Positions 24,270 to 36,504 of a stretch of 64,000 bases of DNA are shown here, piece by piece. The first letter of the stretch is position 1; the number at the start of each line of letters is the position of its first letter. Made by a program: the position numbers and the translations under genes. The stretch is from Nemertoderma westbladi (lineage: Eukaryota > Animalia > Xenacoelomorpha): NCBI GenBank assembly GCA_032718475.1, contig JAUCBJ010002115.1, forward strand, positions 1 through 64,000. Direction: 5' to 3'. The notes below the pieces were generated by a model. It did not search any database. It was not told the origin of the DNA and saw only the letters and a list, made by a program, of their open reading frames with translations.

Positions 24270-25504
24270 TGTTGCCGTTATTCCCGACACCATGGGGGGA
24301 AAACGCCGATACTGGAGGCGGAACTTTTAAACCACGGAGTTCTGGCCAGTCACCGGATATTGGGAGTGGAGAAGGAATACTTTCTTAAATGCAAGATTGC
24401 GGTTGAGAAAAAGTTGCATTGGTTGGATATAATCTTTAATGTAACTTTCCTACAGTTGAATCTTAATTGAGAATAAGTTGGGCTTCCCCACATCAATATA
24501 CACCAAATATTCACAATAATATACGACAATATAAATTCCTACAGTACATTATTTAATTACCCACTGTTCACTTTAGATTTGAACCTAACTAATGTTCCCC
24601 AATTTTCCCTCGGTCCGAGTCTCGGTACTGTACCCCGAAGGGATCAGTCATCAGGAAAGAGGTATGGCTTGGCTAAGGGTCAGTCAAGTCGGTAGACCCG
24701 GTTGCATGTCCGTCCCACCCTTCCCGAACCCCAAAGGGATCAGTCATCAGGAAAGCGGTACGGCTTGGCTAGGGGTCTGTCGAGTCGGTGGACCCGTTTG
24801 CGTGTCTGTCCCACCCTTCCCGAACCCCGAAGGGATCATTCATCAGGAAAGCGGTACGGTTTGGCAAGGGGTCTGTCAGCCCGTCGTGAGTCCCAACGGT
24901 TGGTAGTTTTCCGAGTCCTTATTCAGGCTCGTACTAACGCCGGTTGTGGAACCCACTCCAGGAAGGCAGTCCTCGTCAAACCCTTCCTCCGTTAGTCGGT
25001 CGACCCGTCGCAAGTCCCTGGCGTATGTCGGCAAGCTTTCCGAGTCCTTATTCAGGCTCGTAATAACTGCCGGCGACCAGGGACCGCTAAGGATCTGTCT
25101 GTCGCTTCTCGTCGCAAATCTCTGACACAAGCAGCAGACTTTCCGAGTCCTTATTCAGGCTCGTAATAACTACTGTTGGCCAGGGACCGCTAAGGGCAGT
25201 CCTTGTCCCTGGGCCAAAGTTACCAAATCCACCTCTACAGGCAGCAGGAAATTGGCTAGGCCTAATAGTATTCAGGTAAACCTGAGTACTGCTTAATTTT
25301 ATCTCCCACCCCGAGCCCTTAAATATCTGACATGAGTTCCGTACCCCGTAAGTCGCCCCAATATTCGCCCATAAATCGCCCCCAGTCCATTGAATGTGCC
25401 CAAATCCCATGTTCCCACACCCAGTAGTGATATTGGAATATTCATTTCAAATAAATCCAAAAAATATTCAACTCGCGTTAAGAAAAGTTAAAATACCGCG
25501 ATCA
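24270..25504 (-). mobile_element. Solo LTR (1235 bp) with 5-bp TSD GCTGG; same family as 4358-9214, opposite orientation
   Basis: TGTTGCCGTTATT...AATACCGCGATCA flanked by GCTGG at 24265-24269 and 25505-25509. Confidence 0.9.
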
Positions 25505-26530
25505 GCTGGCTTTAAACGAACCTGCCCCTCAAACCATTACCCTGAGTGCGCGAAAATGAAAACAAGAAAATTGCCATCAACTCAACGATAGAAACACCAG
25601 CTGCTGGTACTCATGTGGGCCTAGTAAGCTACTACTATTTATTGAATGGAAATAGGCCCAAACTGCACAGTAGTATATTACTTGCCAAATTTATTACTAT
25701 CTCACTCTAACCCAGACAGTTATCAAACATCAACTGTAAGTTTGTATAATGTATTACCCCACCAGATGAATAACTCTTCCCAGTGAATCCTATGGGAATA
25801 CCATTGTATGCACTGGGCCGTTCAAATGTTTTATAGGTTGATGATAATGAATGATGAGGGACCCAACTACACTACGTTTCAAAGTTTGTCTATATGGACG
25901 GTCTTTTCTAGTTGAATCATATTATTCTGCAACCAATAATTTACTCTTTTAGACGAATTAGTGCGTTTTTTGCCGGAATAACAAATTTTGGCGACGTTCT
26001 GTGCGAGATTGGCGATAATTTAAAAGATTCTGAGGCACAAATATGTTGCTCAGATGACTGAATATCTCAAATAAAAAAGTGGTGCATACTCGACGAGTTT
26101 AAATCAGTGAAATTCGACTTTAAATTTCAAAACCGCTATTTTTTAGTGGCCCCGTGAGCGAAACGCCACAAAAATATCCAGTCTTGTGCTCAACCAAAAT
26201 TTATGGAGAATTTGTTATTAAAATTTTTGCGTACCTGCTTGAGTTTTTGAGATATCGGATGGTTATACACACACACACACACATAACCACATCGTGTTTT
26301 TGAACGGCTCAACTCTGGACAAGAACTACCCTGGCCTATTAATAAGCAGGTTCGTTATAACTCCACTAGCTAATTGTTTGGTATCTCAAGCAATTGTTTT
26401 TGTTATTTATTATTGATAATAAGAATATTTAATAATTATAATATACTAATTTTTATTATAATTTACTTTAATATATGAAAGTTCTGAGCTCGTAATAGTA
26501 TTTTATTTAATTATAATTTTTTAAACCTAC

Positions 26531-26701
26531 CTAAGCAGAGATGTATTCAATTCATGTCCTGTCATATATATCCAGGCGGTCACTGGATTTGGTCCTTGGA
26601 GTGCAGGTACGTCCTCAAAGTCTTCTGGAGTCAGGGTATTGTTGTTAAGTCTAGCGATCATATCTGGGTGATCTTTGAACATTTGGGCTACAACCCCACC
26701 T
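26531..26701 (-). CDS. DEG/ENaC channel exon 3
   Basis: tag|A GGVVAQMFKDHPD...WIYMTGHELNTSLL AG|gtaggt; open, phase 2/2, GH motif before the conserved Cys. Confidence 0.85.
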
Positions 26702-26774
26702 CTACAAATTAATTTTATATATATTATTTACCGCCGGAGCTAAAACCAAAAATTAATTAATTAAATTTAGGAAC

Positions 26775-27285
26775 CTATGAATATCTATAATAGGCACGCT
26801 GCATTGCTGGTGCGGCATGATCCATTGCAGCATGCATTTTATCGACAAAATTGCGCCGCCACACCTCCCTTTCTTCACCCGTGACTTTCCCGAGATTATC
26901 TGTATCTTCAAGGCCAGTAGTAGAGTTCTTTAAAGCAATCGAAATCAACGAGATTCTACGTAAAGATCCAATGAGTGTTAGGTTGCCCTTCTTGGGAACT
27001 GTTACCAACTTATTTGGTCCCATATCTTATGGGGGCTCACTTTTTTATTTTGTACATGTCTATGAAGATGAATGATTTCTTAACACTCGACTCGTGCATT
27101 CTAAAAACATCAGGGATTCACGGTCTACACCACACGCACGATTGGTTTTATGATCATTGCAACAACTTTGACAAGACAGATCTCCCATGTGGGTTAATCT
27201 GGGAGTACAGATAGGGTTCTTGGTGACTGATGAGGATATCAGAATATGATATGGTTAGGACAGTGATTATGGAACCTTTTTGGAA
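26775..27285 (-). mobile_element. Decayed RTE LINE fragments in channel intron 2
   Basis: VPKKGNL...R.ISL RT piece joined to the WRRNFVDK C-terminus also seen at 446-799. Confidence 0.7.
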
Positions 27286-27294
27286 TTTACTTAC

Positions 27295-27468
27295 CTGAAC
27301 GGATTCTTGTTGCAAATTGTTATGCTTGGAAATGGAAAACCAGTGCCATTTGTAACTTTGGAGTTAACTAAAGACTTCTTTGCTTCGGTTTTGTATTTAA
27401 CTATAACATCATTACCTTGGTAACCACATAGACAACATGCGCCAATGAGAGAAGCCAACCACAAAATC
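27295..27468 (-). CDS. DEG/ENaC channel exon 2 (TM1 and FPxxTxCN motif)
   Basis: tag|G ILWLASLIGACCLCGYQ...FPFPSITICNKNPFR |gtaagt; phases match the flanking exons. Confidence 0.92.
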
Positions 27469-27649
27469 CTAAAATATTTATAATTATAATTAATGACATT
27501 AAAAAGCACATATCTCGGATCCACCTCTCCATGAGTAAACTAAGGATGAACTTCAATTGTGAATCACACAATGAAAACTAGTCTCGTACTTAAACAAGCT
27601 GGCAAGCCTGGCGGGTTCACGGTCCTACTTATATCAGAATTATACACAA

Positions 27650-27797
27650 CAGTACTGCAGTACAGCAATACTGTAGTACAGTACTGCAGTACAGCAATAC
27701 TGTAGTACAGTACTGCAGTACAGCAATACTGTAGTACAGTACTGCAGTACAGCAATACTGTAGTACAGTACTGCAGTGCAGCAATACTGTAGTGCAG
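27650..27797. repeat. 29-bp tandem repeat AGTACTGCAGTACAGCAATACTGTAGTAC
   Basis: About five copies. Confidence 0.9.
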
Positions 27798-28110
27798 TTT
27801 AGTATTGGAATTGGCCTACGAGCTGACAAGTAGACCGGTAACAACTGCTACAAAATGTAAATTTCCCGCTGTCTCATGCTACATTGTTACCCTAATAATA
27901 GCGCTCGCATCGCACAAATATCATCTCAAAACCTAATTGTCTGTATGAGCCGTCGTGATGCCAAATCCAAATTTCGTTTCGATTGATTCTTAAATAACAG
28001 AGATATCGCTCCGGATACCGGACATACAAACACAGTACGGCAATCATGGTCACTTATGTCAATAGGACCGTGAACCAATAATGCCCATAATGCAAACGTT
28101 CGTACTGCAC

Positions 28111-28430
28111 CTTAGGAATTTGGCCTTGTCGTTATTGGCAACAGTCCCTATGCCATGAAGAGTTGTCCCTTGCGCCCATTGCTTTACTGCCATCCTTTGA
28201 CGCAGGAATAATTCGTGCCATTTCCTTTTCTTATTGCGAGGTTGTGAGGGCAACATGTGGCTGTTCAAAACAGCCTCATGTTGAAGGAATTGTTCTTTTT
28301 TCTGGAAACTTTTAGAGAATTTAATTTCATCGCTTGTTGCCGGGCTAACTGCATTGGATCTGATATCGCGATTTTTCTGTTTCTTCGTTTTATTATTATT
28401 ATTAAGCGATGCATTTTGTTTTGTAGTCAT
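28111..28430 (-). CDS. DEG/ENaC/ASIC-family channel, coding exon 1
   Basis: ATG at 28430; ...KQWAQGTTLHGIG... contains the pre-TM1 HG motif; donor AG|gtgcag, phase 2. Confidence 0.85.
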
Positions 28431-28909
28431 TATAGTCCTGATCAATTAAATATCGAAATACAAACTTTCAATCAAAATTTAAAATCAGATATACCAAGCA
28501 CCGTTTCGAATAGTTGCATTCTTTGTGAAAAAAAACAAACGTGACATACACCATGTACTGAATATAGCGTCGCAATTCATTGAGACAGACCCTCCCTTCC
28601 CATCTCTCTCCCTCTAATTTTCAAGTAATCTTTAATGAGATTGTATGAAATTTTAAACTGCGATAGTTTGACACCCCTACCGGTTCCAGGACGGAGGTGA
28701 GAATATGTAGATTAAAGAGAAGGACCAGTTTACAGTAGCACGTTATTCTAACCAAAACAATAAACAAGACTCAATAGCACAAGTCACATTTATAATTTTG
28801 ACAATTCTAACGGCCGCCGTTGATGCACTTTTGGACTATATCTCATTCAGACTCCATACGCTTCTTGGGTGAATCCGAATTTTCGCTTTCAGTCCTTTTA
28901 GCTGCAAGA

Positions 28910-29210
28910 GTCGCCGTGTCCGAGAGGATACAGCGCCTCAACCGGTTTTACAATAGTGTTTGGCGGCGCAGGTTCCAACCCGACCAAAGGCAGTAAGAAT
29001 TTCCTACTGTTATATTCCTAAGCCGAGGACTTTAGACAACGCAAAGCACGTGGTACAATGGGAACCTGCTGGGGGAGTAAAGAAAGGGATCGATAGTTAT
29101 GGAGTGTTCAACCCTGGGAGTTAGTGAGGCGCTCTCTCTGCCTTACAGGTAACAGCCAAGAGAGAGGAGCCTTCGGGTTGCCTCCGGTGTTTCGTGTCAC
29201 AGATTACAAA
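28910..29210 (+). mobile_element. Probable tRNA-derived SINE upstream of the channel gene
   Basis: A-box-like GTGTCCGAGAGG and B-box-like GGTTCCAACCC, followed by a GC-richer body. Confidence 0.5.
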
Positions 29211-30706
29211 AAGCAGGAGGTGGTGAAATGTGGTAATGTTTTTATATTGAAACCGTACATGGTATATGTATGGTACTGGGACTGCTACATTTATTTATAT
29301 CTAATGAATATCAAAGAGTGCTTTGATTAATATACTTAGTATGTTTCTAAACAACTCAGTATTATTACTATTTTGAAATATCTTACATAATAATTATTTT
29401 ATTTGAAAAAGGCTTTTTTTCTCACTAATATTTTTATTATTGAATTAATTAATCTAACGTTTTTTCACCAATTTCCATAAAATTAGTTTTAAGAAGTCTT
29501 TTTTACTAATTTTGAGGAAAATTAGTTACAAAGTCTTTGTTTAACTAATTTAAACAGCATAAAAGAATGGCCTCACAAATGTGCACGGTGGACAAGAAAG
29601 AGAACCGCCATTCTCCAACTAAGAGGAGTGCATCAGCATCTGAGATCGAAGTACTGACGGAAAATGTGTCGCCAGATCTTCAGTCTTACTCGCGCAGTTA
29701 TGTCAGTTCAGACAGATTATCGAAAGACTTGATATAACTGCCGAGAAAGGGGCCGTTAAACTTTTTCTAAATAATAATTACGGCAATTCAAGAACAAATT
29801 ATTATATTTTTTATTTCAATTTCGGAAGATTTTTCAAGTTGCGTTGGTTATATTTATTTCAGATTCCGTTTTAAAATATAGTAATATTATACGTCGTAAA
29901 CAGTGATAACGCTGGTGATATTTGTTTGGTTCAAATGAAACAATATATTCCATAGAAATAATTTAGATACTCTGCCCTCGTGTGTTTGGAATTTTCGTAA
30001 ACACCTTCCAAATCGTGTAAAACTCAACCACTCGGATAGAATAGTTGAATTTCGCTTAATTGAAAATTAGTGAAAAAAGCGGTGTTTTTCGCTTACTTTT
30101 ATATATCGAATAATTATTCCTTTATTTATTTAAAATCAATGTTTTAGCGTAAAATAATATTATTTATTAACATTAATTACTTTCTGGTTAATAATAATCC
30201 GTTTGTTAAACATGCTCAGCGAAAATATAATGTATCTCTGCCGCATAATGCTCTAAATATATACTCTGAAAACCCACCCATAAATGCATAAAAAGTCCAT
30301 TTGATTGGCTACCTACCGGTATTCCATTTGATTGTATATCATGGCTGAGTGATTCAGTCAGTCACCTTTTGTAATAAAAGTTTTATGTTTCCATGGTCAA
30401 TTGGTTCAGTAGGTTATTAATTTGCTTTATTAATCTGAAAAAAAACATTTGAGTGTGCTGGGCTGTAACCTGAAAGGGAACAATATAAAACTTAAATCTA
30501 ATAACAATATCCGAGCTGCAGGAAGCGTTATATATTATTCTTTATTCCAGGCCGAGGCCCATAAAAACAGATTACATATATTATTTATTAAGCACAATTG
30601 TTTGGAGATATTAAAATATGTACAGTACAAATAGTAAGCCTACCCTACCAACTAATCCAAATGTTCTTACATAAAACATAAAACACGATATACATAATAT
30701 AGATTA

Positions 30707-33700
30707 CTATAAAATAATACGTGTGTACTGATGACACCAAATATTAGCAGTCGAAACAAGCAAATTGTTAGAAGAAGAGATTCTTCGTAATAAACTTTGC
30801 TTATTTTTATACAGAATGTGAATGAACATTGGAAGATTAAGCTGCCCGAACATTAAAGAGATACTCGTGGGCTCATCCTCAGTAAATCGAGGTATTTTAA
30901 ATAATAGTCGCAAGCAGTTATTATAAGCCACTCTAAGTTTATTGTAGGCACTTTGTGAATAATTACTTCTAGACCATAAGCTACAACAGTATATAGGTGT
31001 ACAAAAAGCACGAAATAATAGAATTTTAACATTTGTGGATGCATTACCAAATTTCCTAAGTAGAGTGTTTGCACGTGCATATAAAGAATGAGTTTGCTTA
31101 ATTATATCACAATCATCATCAGTATTAGAGCACAGGAGATGTCCTAAGTATGAAAATCTATCTACAATATCAATGTAAGAACCGTATAATTTAATTCTGG
31201 AATAGAGTGTAACTGTGTAGGACTTGGGAATGAAATAAATACATTTACTTTTTTTAGTGTTAAATATAATAGAATTATCGAGAGCATAAGCTACAGAAAT
31301 ATTAACTAGATTTTGTAAACCATGTATTGAGTTTGAAATGAGACATAGGTCGTCCGCATATATAATGTGGTTAATTCTTGTAGAGCCTAGACAGCAACCG
31401 GTTCCGCTACTAGTTAACGCTAAGCTTAAATCATCAACATAAACGTTGTAAAATAGAGGTGATAGGATGCCACCCTGACGAGTTCCATTAGTTACATTAA
31501 ATTCGGGTGACAATATGCCATTCCAACAGACACGCAACAGTTGGTTACGGTACCAGAAATGTATAACACGCACAATATAAATAGGGACACCTCTATTAAT
31601 TAGCTTATTAAAAAGTTTGTAATGGTTGACCCTATCAAAGGCTTTTGAGGCGTCCAACATACAAACATAGATACACGAATTGTTACACGTTCGTGGGGAC
31701 TTCGCGCAGCACGTAGTCGGCAAGCCTTGGCATACGGTTCATATAGAGCAAATGGGGCATGTCTAGTTTGGACCCCATATCCCATGCTATAAATGTATTC
31801 ATTCGATATACAATCATATGTTAATCCGCTAGGTGGTGTCAAATTGTTATTCTGCAATTTCGTACTTACCAGTGCACCACTGTACAGCAGTACCGTACCG
31901 GTAGGCCTATGTCATTACTTCTGAGTCTCTAGCGGATCCCCAATTAAATGTCTTAACTTTTCAATTTCGTAAAAGATAGACTTCATGATTCTCTACAGGC
32001 CATCAAAATTTCAGCTCAGGAAAATGAGGCCTTCCCGAGAAATTTAACATTTTCTAAAAACCACATAATCTGTCGTAGCTGACGTCAGACTGCATGATTT
32101 TTCACCAAACTTTACAAACTTTCTAAACTTTCTCTCTACTACTTACCTACTAAGTTTGGTTCAATTCCGAACGAGCGATGCCGAGAAATTCGCGTTCAAA
32201 CATTTACCAGACAGACAGACGGACGGACAGACAGACAGACGGACAGACAGACGGACATGCCCCATTTGCCCTATATGAACCGTATGCAAAGGCTCGCCGA
32301 CTACGTGTCTCGCCCCACATAGGTAATAATTAATTATTTCTTTAAGAGTATATATGCATAACTCAGTTCCTGATTTAGTTTTAAATCCGAATTGGTTGCT
32401 AGTGGTAATTAAATGATCTACACATCGTTCTAGAATTACCTTCTCGACCACCTTACTAAGGATAGTTGAAAGGGCAATTCCACGATAGTTATCCTTACTG
32501 TTTAAAGCAGCGGTCCTATCTTTTACAAGTGGTATAATGGTGGAAGCCATCATTTCAGCTGGCATATAGTTGTGTGTAAACATAGCATTAATTAAAATGC
32601 AAATTGCACGAATCAAATTATAGGAGAAACCGTTGATAAAGTGTTCAGCCGTTACCTCATCAGGGCCCGATGACTTGCCAGTAGGAAGACCAAGCACTGA
32701 ATCAACAGTTTCTTTAAACGTGACATGAGAGAAATTAATATCATTATTACTGACAGATGTATTAAAAATAGATTTACCGGTGTCATCATGTACACAGTTA
32801 AATAGGTTTTTAAAATGGTTACCCCACATGGTACTGATATCATTGGAACCAATTGAATCGCCTATTTTATTGGGCAGTTTTGGCTTACAATTAGAGTGAC
32901 TTCTAACCTGAGACCAGAAGTCCTTTGACGAATCATCAGTGAGTAGTGAATTGGCCATTTTATCGGTTCTAATGGTAGCTTCACTACGTTTACACTGACG
33001 CATAGCACGCTTAAAGCGAGCTTTAGTACTTAAATATTCCTTAAAAATTTCACCCTGCCGAGGGTTTCCGCAACTTCGCCATAACTTAAAAGCAGTTCTA
33101 GACTGTCTATAATATTCTTTCACGTTGTCATTCCAACCTGGGATGTGTTGGTCTGACAACGTAGCATTACTATGTGAGTTGTTTTTGATATATGATTTAC
33201 TAGAACTAAGTAAAGTACTATTAATATTCTGGTACAATGAATCAATTTCAGCCTGATGAGAGTTACAATGCACGTTATTGCAATTGATTAGATTATTATA
33301 ATAATTGCTACTATCAAGCATATTACCAAGTGCGATATTAACATTGTCCGCATAGCCGGCAATGTTACTGGAGCTATGCTGCCAGTCGAAACGAGGTGGC
33401 ACGGGCCGATTCTCATTACTGCCAGTAGAAACCGGTACAGGCGCGACTGTACACGGAAGAGTTAAGAATATCGGCATATGGTCTGAGATAGACAGATCAT
33501 AGACAATCTTAATATCATTTATTAGATATGCACTCGAATTAGAAATTGCAACATGATCTAACCAAGAAATGGTTCCATGAGCATCGCTCACAAACGTATA
33601 AGAATCCCTGGGTAGCAAATTAACATCCGCCACTGTAATATTTACTGAATCGCACCATTGTATTAATTCGTTAAAAATAGGACGTGTAGGGTCGGCATTA

Positions 33701-34170
33701 AAATCCCCAATTATAATACAGTTTGAATATTGCTCCGTTTCTAAAAGTGAGGCCAACTTCCCAAGACATTGTCTGTACAAGTCATGGTTATCTGGGCAAT
33801 CGTATGGTAAATATATATTTATTATTAATAATTTATCGTTATTTAAGAGGTTAATCTTTGCGCCTAAAATTCGCGAATCATTAAAATCAACAATCTCAAG
33901 TGAATGCGCCATAGATTTGCGCCATAAAAATCCAAGACCACCTGCAGGCCTACCGCGAAGCAGACCGTCAGAGTAGTCGGTGGAGGAAAAGCCGCGCCCT
34001 TCAAATTCCTTATGTAGATTGTTCATTATGCCAAGTTCCTGCTTTGGGAGTTGGAGCTCTTGCAGAAGCAAGAGATCCGCGTCCCTACACAGCTCATTGA
34101 TAACAGTCCTCGAGTGAGCGTTCCGGACTGAGTTGCAGTTAAATGAAGAAATTTTTATGTTATTCGCCAT
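30707..34170 (-). pseudogene. LINE ORF2 (APE endonuclease and RT), interrupted at 31685-32319
   Basis: SFNCNS, LLQE, GDFNAD, SDHMP, NYRGIAL, QFGFK, then LDASKAFD, GTRQGGILSP, YADDLCL; frame restored when the insertion is removed. Confidence 0.92.
31685..32319 (-). mobile_element. HINE-like non-autonomous element inserted in LINE ORF2
   Basis: ~60-bp subterminal inverted repeats, (GTCY)n tract, TGTGGGG and GAACGTGT ends as at 1133-2189. Confidence 0.8.
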
Positions 34171-34267
34171 TGTTCAGAGTAATATTAAAAAGAGATATAT
34201 ACAAATTTAAATTAGAAAAATAAAAACAAAAGAAAAAAAACAACAATACACAATAAATAATCACATT

Positions 34268-35659
34268 CTATCGGGACCCTGAGTCCTCTGAATTAGCCAG
34301 AACATCATAACTGTTAGCCGTATTAGTAGGCGCAGCCGGGACAGTATTTATACCCTTAGGGGAAACCGAGACTGCACCAGTACTGCTGGTACCATCGCCT
34401 CCTAGAGAGTGTTCGAGATCGGTAACATTTGGACTTTTCGTCCTTTCGGGGAGACTCCTCCTCGGTGGGAAGTACGTGTTGATCGTCGCATTAGTAGGCC
34501 ATGTATCCGGTTCCATCAGCTTCTCCCTCTCACTGGCCATACAGGTTATAACGAATGCTGACTGACGAGCTCTCGATATCGGAGCACGTTCGCAGGTAAT
34601 ATCGAAACCGCAGCTATCCTTGATGTGTTTCGTAATAGTACTAGGTTCGACACCCTCGCAACATCCTGCAAGGTAGAGTTTCCGAGTCGGTTGGATGGTG
34701 GGAAAGGCAGTGGAGGAACTGGATCCTCTTACACACTGACTACGTCGCAATGGGCGGCGCTGATGAGAAGTCGTACCAACAGCAGTAGCGGCCAAAGCCC
34801 GAACTTGGCCGCGGCGAGGACGAGCCGGACGATGGCGACCATCCGCTCCAACTGGAATGTAATCAGAGTCGGCAGATGAGTCTCGGTTGAGCCGCAACCG
34901 AGAAATGTGTGGTGGGGTGGCCGAAGCGGCAGCCAGTCGACTGGTACTGGCAGCGACTTCTGCCCAAGGCCTAGTTGAGGCGCTACTAGGCAGTCGGTTA
35001 TTGCCAGGTGGCGGAGCAGGATCCGTAGATGCCGGTACCTGTACAACTTCCCGTGCCTGTCTCGATTCAGACAGATTCTGACAGGACCTATTCCTAATCG
35101 TATTCGTATCAGGTAGAACACCAGTAGGCCTACCGGTAGTGGAATCACCAGAAGTAACTGTGGTTGTGGGTCTGTTGCTGTTCCTAACAACATTATCAGC
35201 ATTATTTTGGAGATTGACACAGACAGATTCAACTACTGCTAACCTGTCCTGTAGCATACTGACCGACCTGAGCAGTAGAGCGACGCCGGCATCGCACAGC
35301 GAGAAAGGAGGGAGAATAGTGAGATCCTTAGGAACAAATTCCTTGCAGGTTGAGGGTTCATTCTGAAGATCGATATAAGCAGGGTAGTCAAAGACATCCA
35401 ACATGTCTACGACTAAATTATGGCGCAGAGAATTACCATTGCACCGTTTAGTCCAGAACGACTGCTTATGAGCGTCCCTATCTGAGCTGGGAAGGAGACC
35501 CAGCAACAGCTGTTTGGATTCTCTTAACATGTCGTCCGTAAACTTAGGCCACGGTTGAACCGTTTCTACGATACCATCTCTGTGAAATCCCTTAATATGG
35601 GACGACCAAAGATAAGCCAATATATCATTCCTGATATGGCAGCAGTTGGATGCCGCCAT
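34268..35659 (-). CDS. LINE ORF1 (probable start MAASNC)
   Basis: Long ORF upstream of ORF2; RRM-like C-terminal region (RKLYLAG...SAFVI....LMEPDTWP). Confidence 0.8.
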   Translation of the reverse strand: MAASNCCHIRNDILAYLWSSHIKGFHRDGIVETVQPWPKFTDDMLRESKQLLLGLLPSSDRDAHKQSFWTKRCNGNSLRHNLVVDMLDVFDYPAYIDLQNEPSTCKEFVPKDLTILPPFSLCDAGVALLLRSVSMLQDRLAVVESVCVNLQNNADNVVRNSNRPTTTVTSGDSTTGRPTGVLPDTNTIRNRSCQNLSESRQAREVVQVPASTDPAPPPGNNRLPSSASTRPWAEVAASTSRLAAASATPPHISRLRLNRDSSADSDYIPVGADGRHRPARPRRGQVRALAATAVGTTSHQRRPLRRSQCVRGSSSSTAFPTIQPTRKLYLAGCCEGVEPSTITKHIKDSCGFDITCERAPISRARQSAFVITCMASEREKLMEPDTWPTNATINTYFPPRRSLPERTKSPNVTDLEHSLGGDGTSSTGAVSVSPKGINTVPAAPTNTANSYDVLANSEDSGSR

Positions 35660-36004
35660 CCTCCAAGATCCTCCAAGAGTTGTCAATCGTTGACGTATAT
35701 GCGTTACCACAAGCAATGGGCAGTAGAGTTCGGAGTTAGACCGGACCGGTAAGCCGGTCTGCCGGTTTTAGTGAGGAGTACAGTTCAGCAGTTCAGCAGT
35801 TAGTACAGATATATATAATCTCCAAAAACTATGTTCACTTTCAGGGTAGTATTGGCAGTTCCTTTCAGATGCTGCGCTTTAAATAAGTGCTCGATAATTC
35901 ATGCCACTGTTGTTACTGGGCTGAATATCATCAGACAAAGTGTTAAATCACCCTAATTTAAACATTCGCTGATCATGTTCTATCAATAACATTGTTATTG
36001 TTTC

Positions 36005-36305
36005 TATTATTGGTCAATGAGTAGATTAATATATTATTGGTCAATGAGTAGATTAATATATTATTGGTCAATGAGTAGATTAATATATTATTGGTCAATG
36101 AGTAGATTAATATATTATTGGTCAATGAGTAGATTAATATATTATTGGTCAATGAGTAGATTAATATATTATTGGTCAATGAGTAGATTAATATATTATT
36201 GGTCAATGAGTAGATTAATATATTATTGGTCAATGAGTAGATTAATACATTATTGGTCAGTGAGTAGATTAATATATTATTGGTCAATGAGTAGATTAAT
36301 ATATT
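36005..36305. repeat. 27-bp tandem repeat TTATTGGTCAATGAGTAGATTAATATA
   Basis: About 11 near-identical copies. Confidence 0.95.
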
Positions 36306-36504
36306 GTTTTCATTTTGTTTAGCACATTATATTTCAAACTAGGTATTGAGCATGTATCGAGCATGGATCGAATGGATGACCTCCAGGATGATGGAAGTCT
36401 GGAGCTCTAACAGTTCAGATCAAATCAAAAGCTCACAGAGAGCTTGTATATTTTTTCTATATAAGTTACACAAAAATCCTGCAATCTATATAATTTACAT
36501 TTTT

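Larger units (their letters stand above)
30530..35800 (-). mobile_element. Near-full-length CR1/L2-clade LINE
   Basis: ORF1 and APE-RT ORF2; GGAATAAAGAATAAT 3' end resembling the copy at 5555-6221. Confidence 0.9.

Noticed and set aside
25740-25930. Candidate channel exon just after exon 3
   Set aside because: Stop codon in the required phase; the Cys-containing continuation is at 9859-9965.
29335-30225. Possible old foldback MITE
   Set aside because: Inverted similarity is too degenerate to define ends or a TSD.
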